From a virus (Duplodnaviria; Caudoviricetes): a DNA stretch of 25,370 nt. The translations under genes and the position numbers were made by a program. The stretch lies in IMG/VR virus record IMGVR_UViG_3300032243_000590, positions 1 to 25,370 of that record; one strand, written 5' to 3'. Shown piece after piece: positions 24,379 through 25,370 of this stretch; the stretch's first letter is position 1; every line of letters starts with the position of its first letter. A model generated the notes under the pieces. The model did no database searches, had not been told where the DNA came from, and saw nothing but the letters and a program-made list of their open reading frames with translations.

Positions 24379-25316
24379 TTGCCTGGGGAATAAACGCTCT
24401 TAATCATGGCTCAAGCCTGGCGGTGTTTAAGGATGAACGACTAGTGTCAAATGTCTTTCGTAAGGAAGACGAACTTGTCACTGCTGACATAACCGAAGCG
24501 TTACATCTTGGAGCTCCTGATCGTATTTTTTGGTATGAGCGTCCCTGGGTGAAAAAGGCTAGACAACTGTATGCTGGACAATATCATAGAGCATTTGATA
24601 TGAGCGTATTGCCACGTAGATACATGAAAGCTCAACACTATGCACCAATCACCTATACACCGCATCATGCTAGTCATGCAGCCGCGGGATATTATACTAG
24701 CCCATTCAATCATTGTGCTATTGTAGTACTCGACGCTATAGGCGAATTTGAATGCGCTACTATCTGGCAAGGCATTCACGGAGAAATGCGTAAAGTATGG
24801 AGTCGTAGCTATCCAAATAGCTTGGGACTATTTTATTCAGCGTTCACAGACTTGTTAGAGATGACACCTATCCAAGACGAATATCTATTGCAACAAATGT
24901 CTGAGAAAGGCGACCCGCACCGTTATAAACACTACGTTCGGCAATATATGGGCGGAGTCTTGCAAGCCGGAAAAAACATGCACAAGGGCATTCTAGATTG
25001 GCCGCATGATATTAGAAGTGAACAAGACCAATATGATATTGCCGCAGCAGTACAAGCAGAGTTTGAAAGTCAAGTTGATATGATCATGACTCAGGCACAG
25101 GTACTGACAGGTGCTGAGTGTTTGGTGTATATGGGCGGATGTGCAATGAATAGTAAGGCAAATAAAATAGTAGTAGAACCTAAATTTAAATATATTTGGT
25201 CATTGCCTAATCCAGGTGATCCTAGTAGCAGTGTGGGTGCTGTGCTGTATCATACCAAACAAAGAGAGTGGAAATATAACTTTGGTGTTGCAAAGCATAT
25301 AGAGATTCGTGTATAA
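24375..25316 (+). CDS. carbamoyltransferase N-terminal (Kae1-like) domain, NodU/CmcH/TobZ family, stand-alone
   Basis: WYERP, HHASHAAAGYYTSPF, DAIGE, SLGLFYSAFT, DIAAAVQ, GGCAMNSKAN and PNPGD; stops before any C-terminal domain. Confidence 0.85.
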   Translation: MIAWGINALNHGSSLAVFKDERLVSNVFRKEDELVTADITEALHLGAPDRIFWYERPWVKKARQLYAGQYHRAFDMSVLPRRYMKAQHYAPITYTPHHASHAAAGYYTSPFNHCAIVVLDAIGEFECATIWQGIHGEMRKVWSRSYPNSLGLFYSAFTDLLEMTPIQDEYLLQQMSEKGDPHRYKHYVRQYMGGVLQAGKNMHKGILDWPHDIRSEQDQYDIAAAVQAEFESQVDMIMTQAQVLTGAECLVYMGGCAMNSKANKIVVEPKFKYIWSLPNPGDPSSSVGAVLYHTKQREWKYNFGVAKHIEIRV

Positions 25317-25317
25317 T
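25288..25317 (+). promoter_or_regulatory. probable sigma70-type promoter
   Basis: TTGCAA (25288-25293), 18 nt, TATAAT (25312-25317); ATG at 25324 follows 6 nt later. Confidence 0.6.
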
Positions 25318-25323
25318 AAAAGT

Positions 25324-25370
25324 ATGCAGAATTACAGGCACAACAAAAAGTATCAGGTAGGCAGTCAATG
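25324..25370 (+). CDS. possible 5' fragment of the next gene (MQNYRHNKKYQVGSQ...)
   Basis: Open to the window edge and positioned like the other leaderless starts; the true start could instead be the ATG at 25368. Confidence 0.3.
   Translation, partial: MQNYRHNKKYQVGSQ

Noticed and set aside
63-24779. Many 60-142 aa alternative-frame and antisense ORFs in the track (e.g. 3304..3603, 7038..7436, 16089..16517, 18650..19033, 20425..20781)
   Set aside because: They lie largely or entirely within well-supported genes, with no recognisable motifs; they are expected shadow ORFs.
1-25370. tRNA, CRISPR array, transposase or alternative genetic code
   Set aside because: There is almost no intergenic space, no repeat-spacer pattern or cloverleaf was seen, and genes are intact under the standard code with TAA, TGA and TAG all used as stops.

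Overview
Gene-dense, AT-rich fragment of a large T4-like (myovirus-type) phage genome. A recombination/replication backbone (gp32 SSB, UvsX, UvsY ... UvsW, probable clamp-loader small subunit, primase) is interrupted between uvsY and uvsW by a ~12.6 kb glycan-biosynthesis island of 15 genes. The island holds four SDR-family nucleotide-sugar enzymes (including Gmd and a UDP-GlcNAc 4,6-dehydratase/RmlD-like pair), a nucleotidyltransferase-cupin fusion, four paralogous KpsS/KpsC-like GT-B proteins, five GT-A domains and a methyltransferase. T4-late-like TAAATA motifs sit at its divergent junctions, which suggests virion glycosylation. Other notable items are a 192-aa miniature DnaE-like protein that keeps all three catalytic aspartate motifs, a stand-alone N-terminal carbamoyltransferase domain coupled to an unlisted 38-aa 'PFIY' peptide, a possible degenerate Hint-fold protein, and several promoters positioned to give leaderless mRNAs. 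All calls come from motif recognition by eye; no database searches were run.
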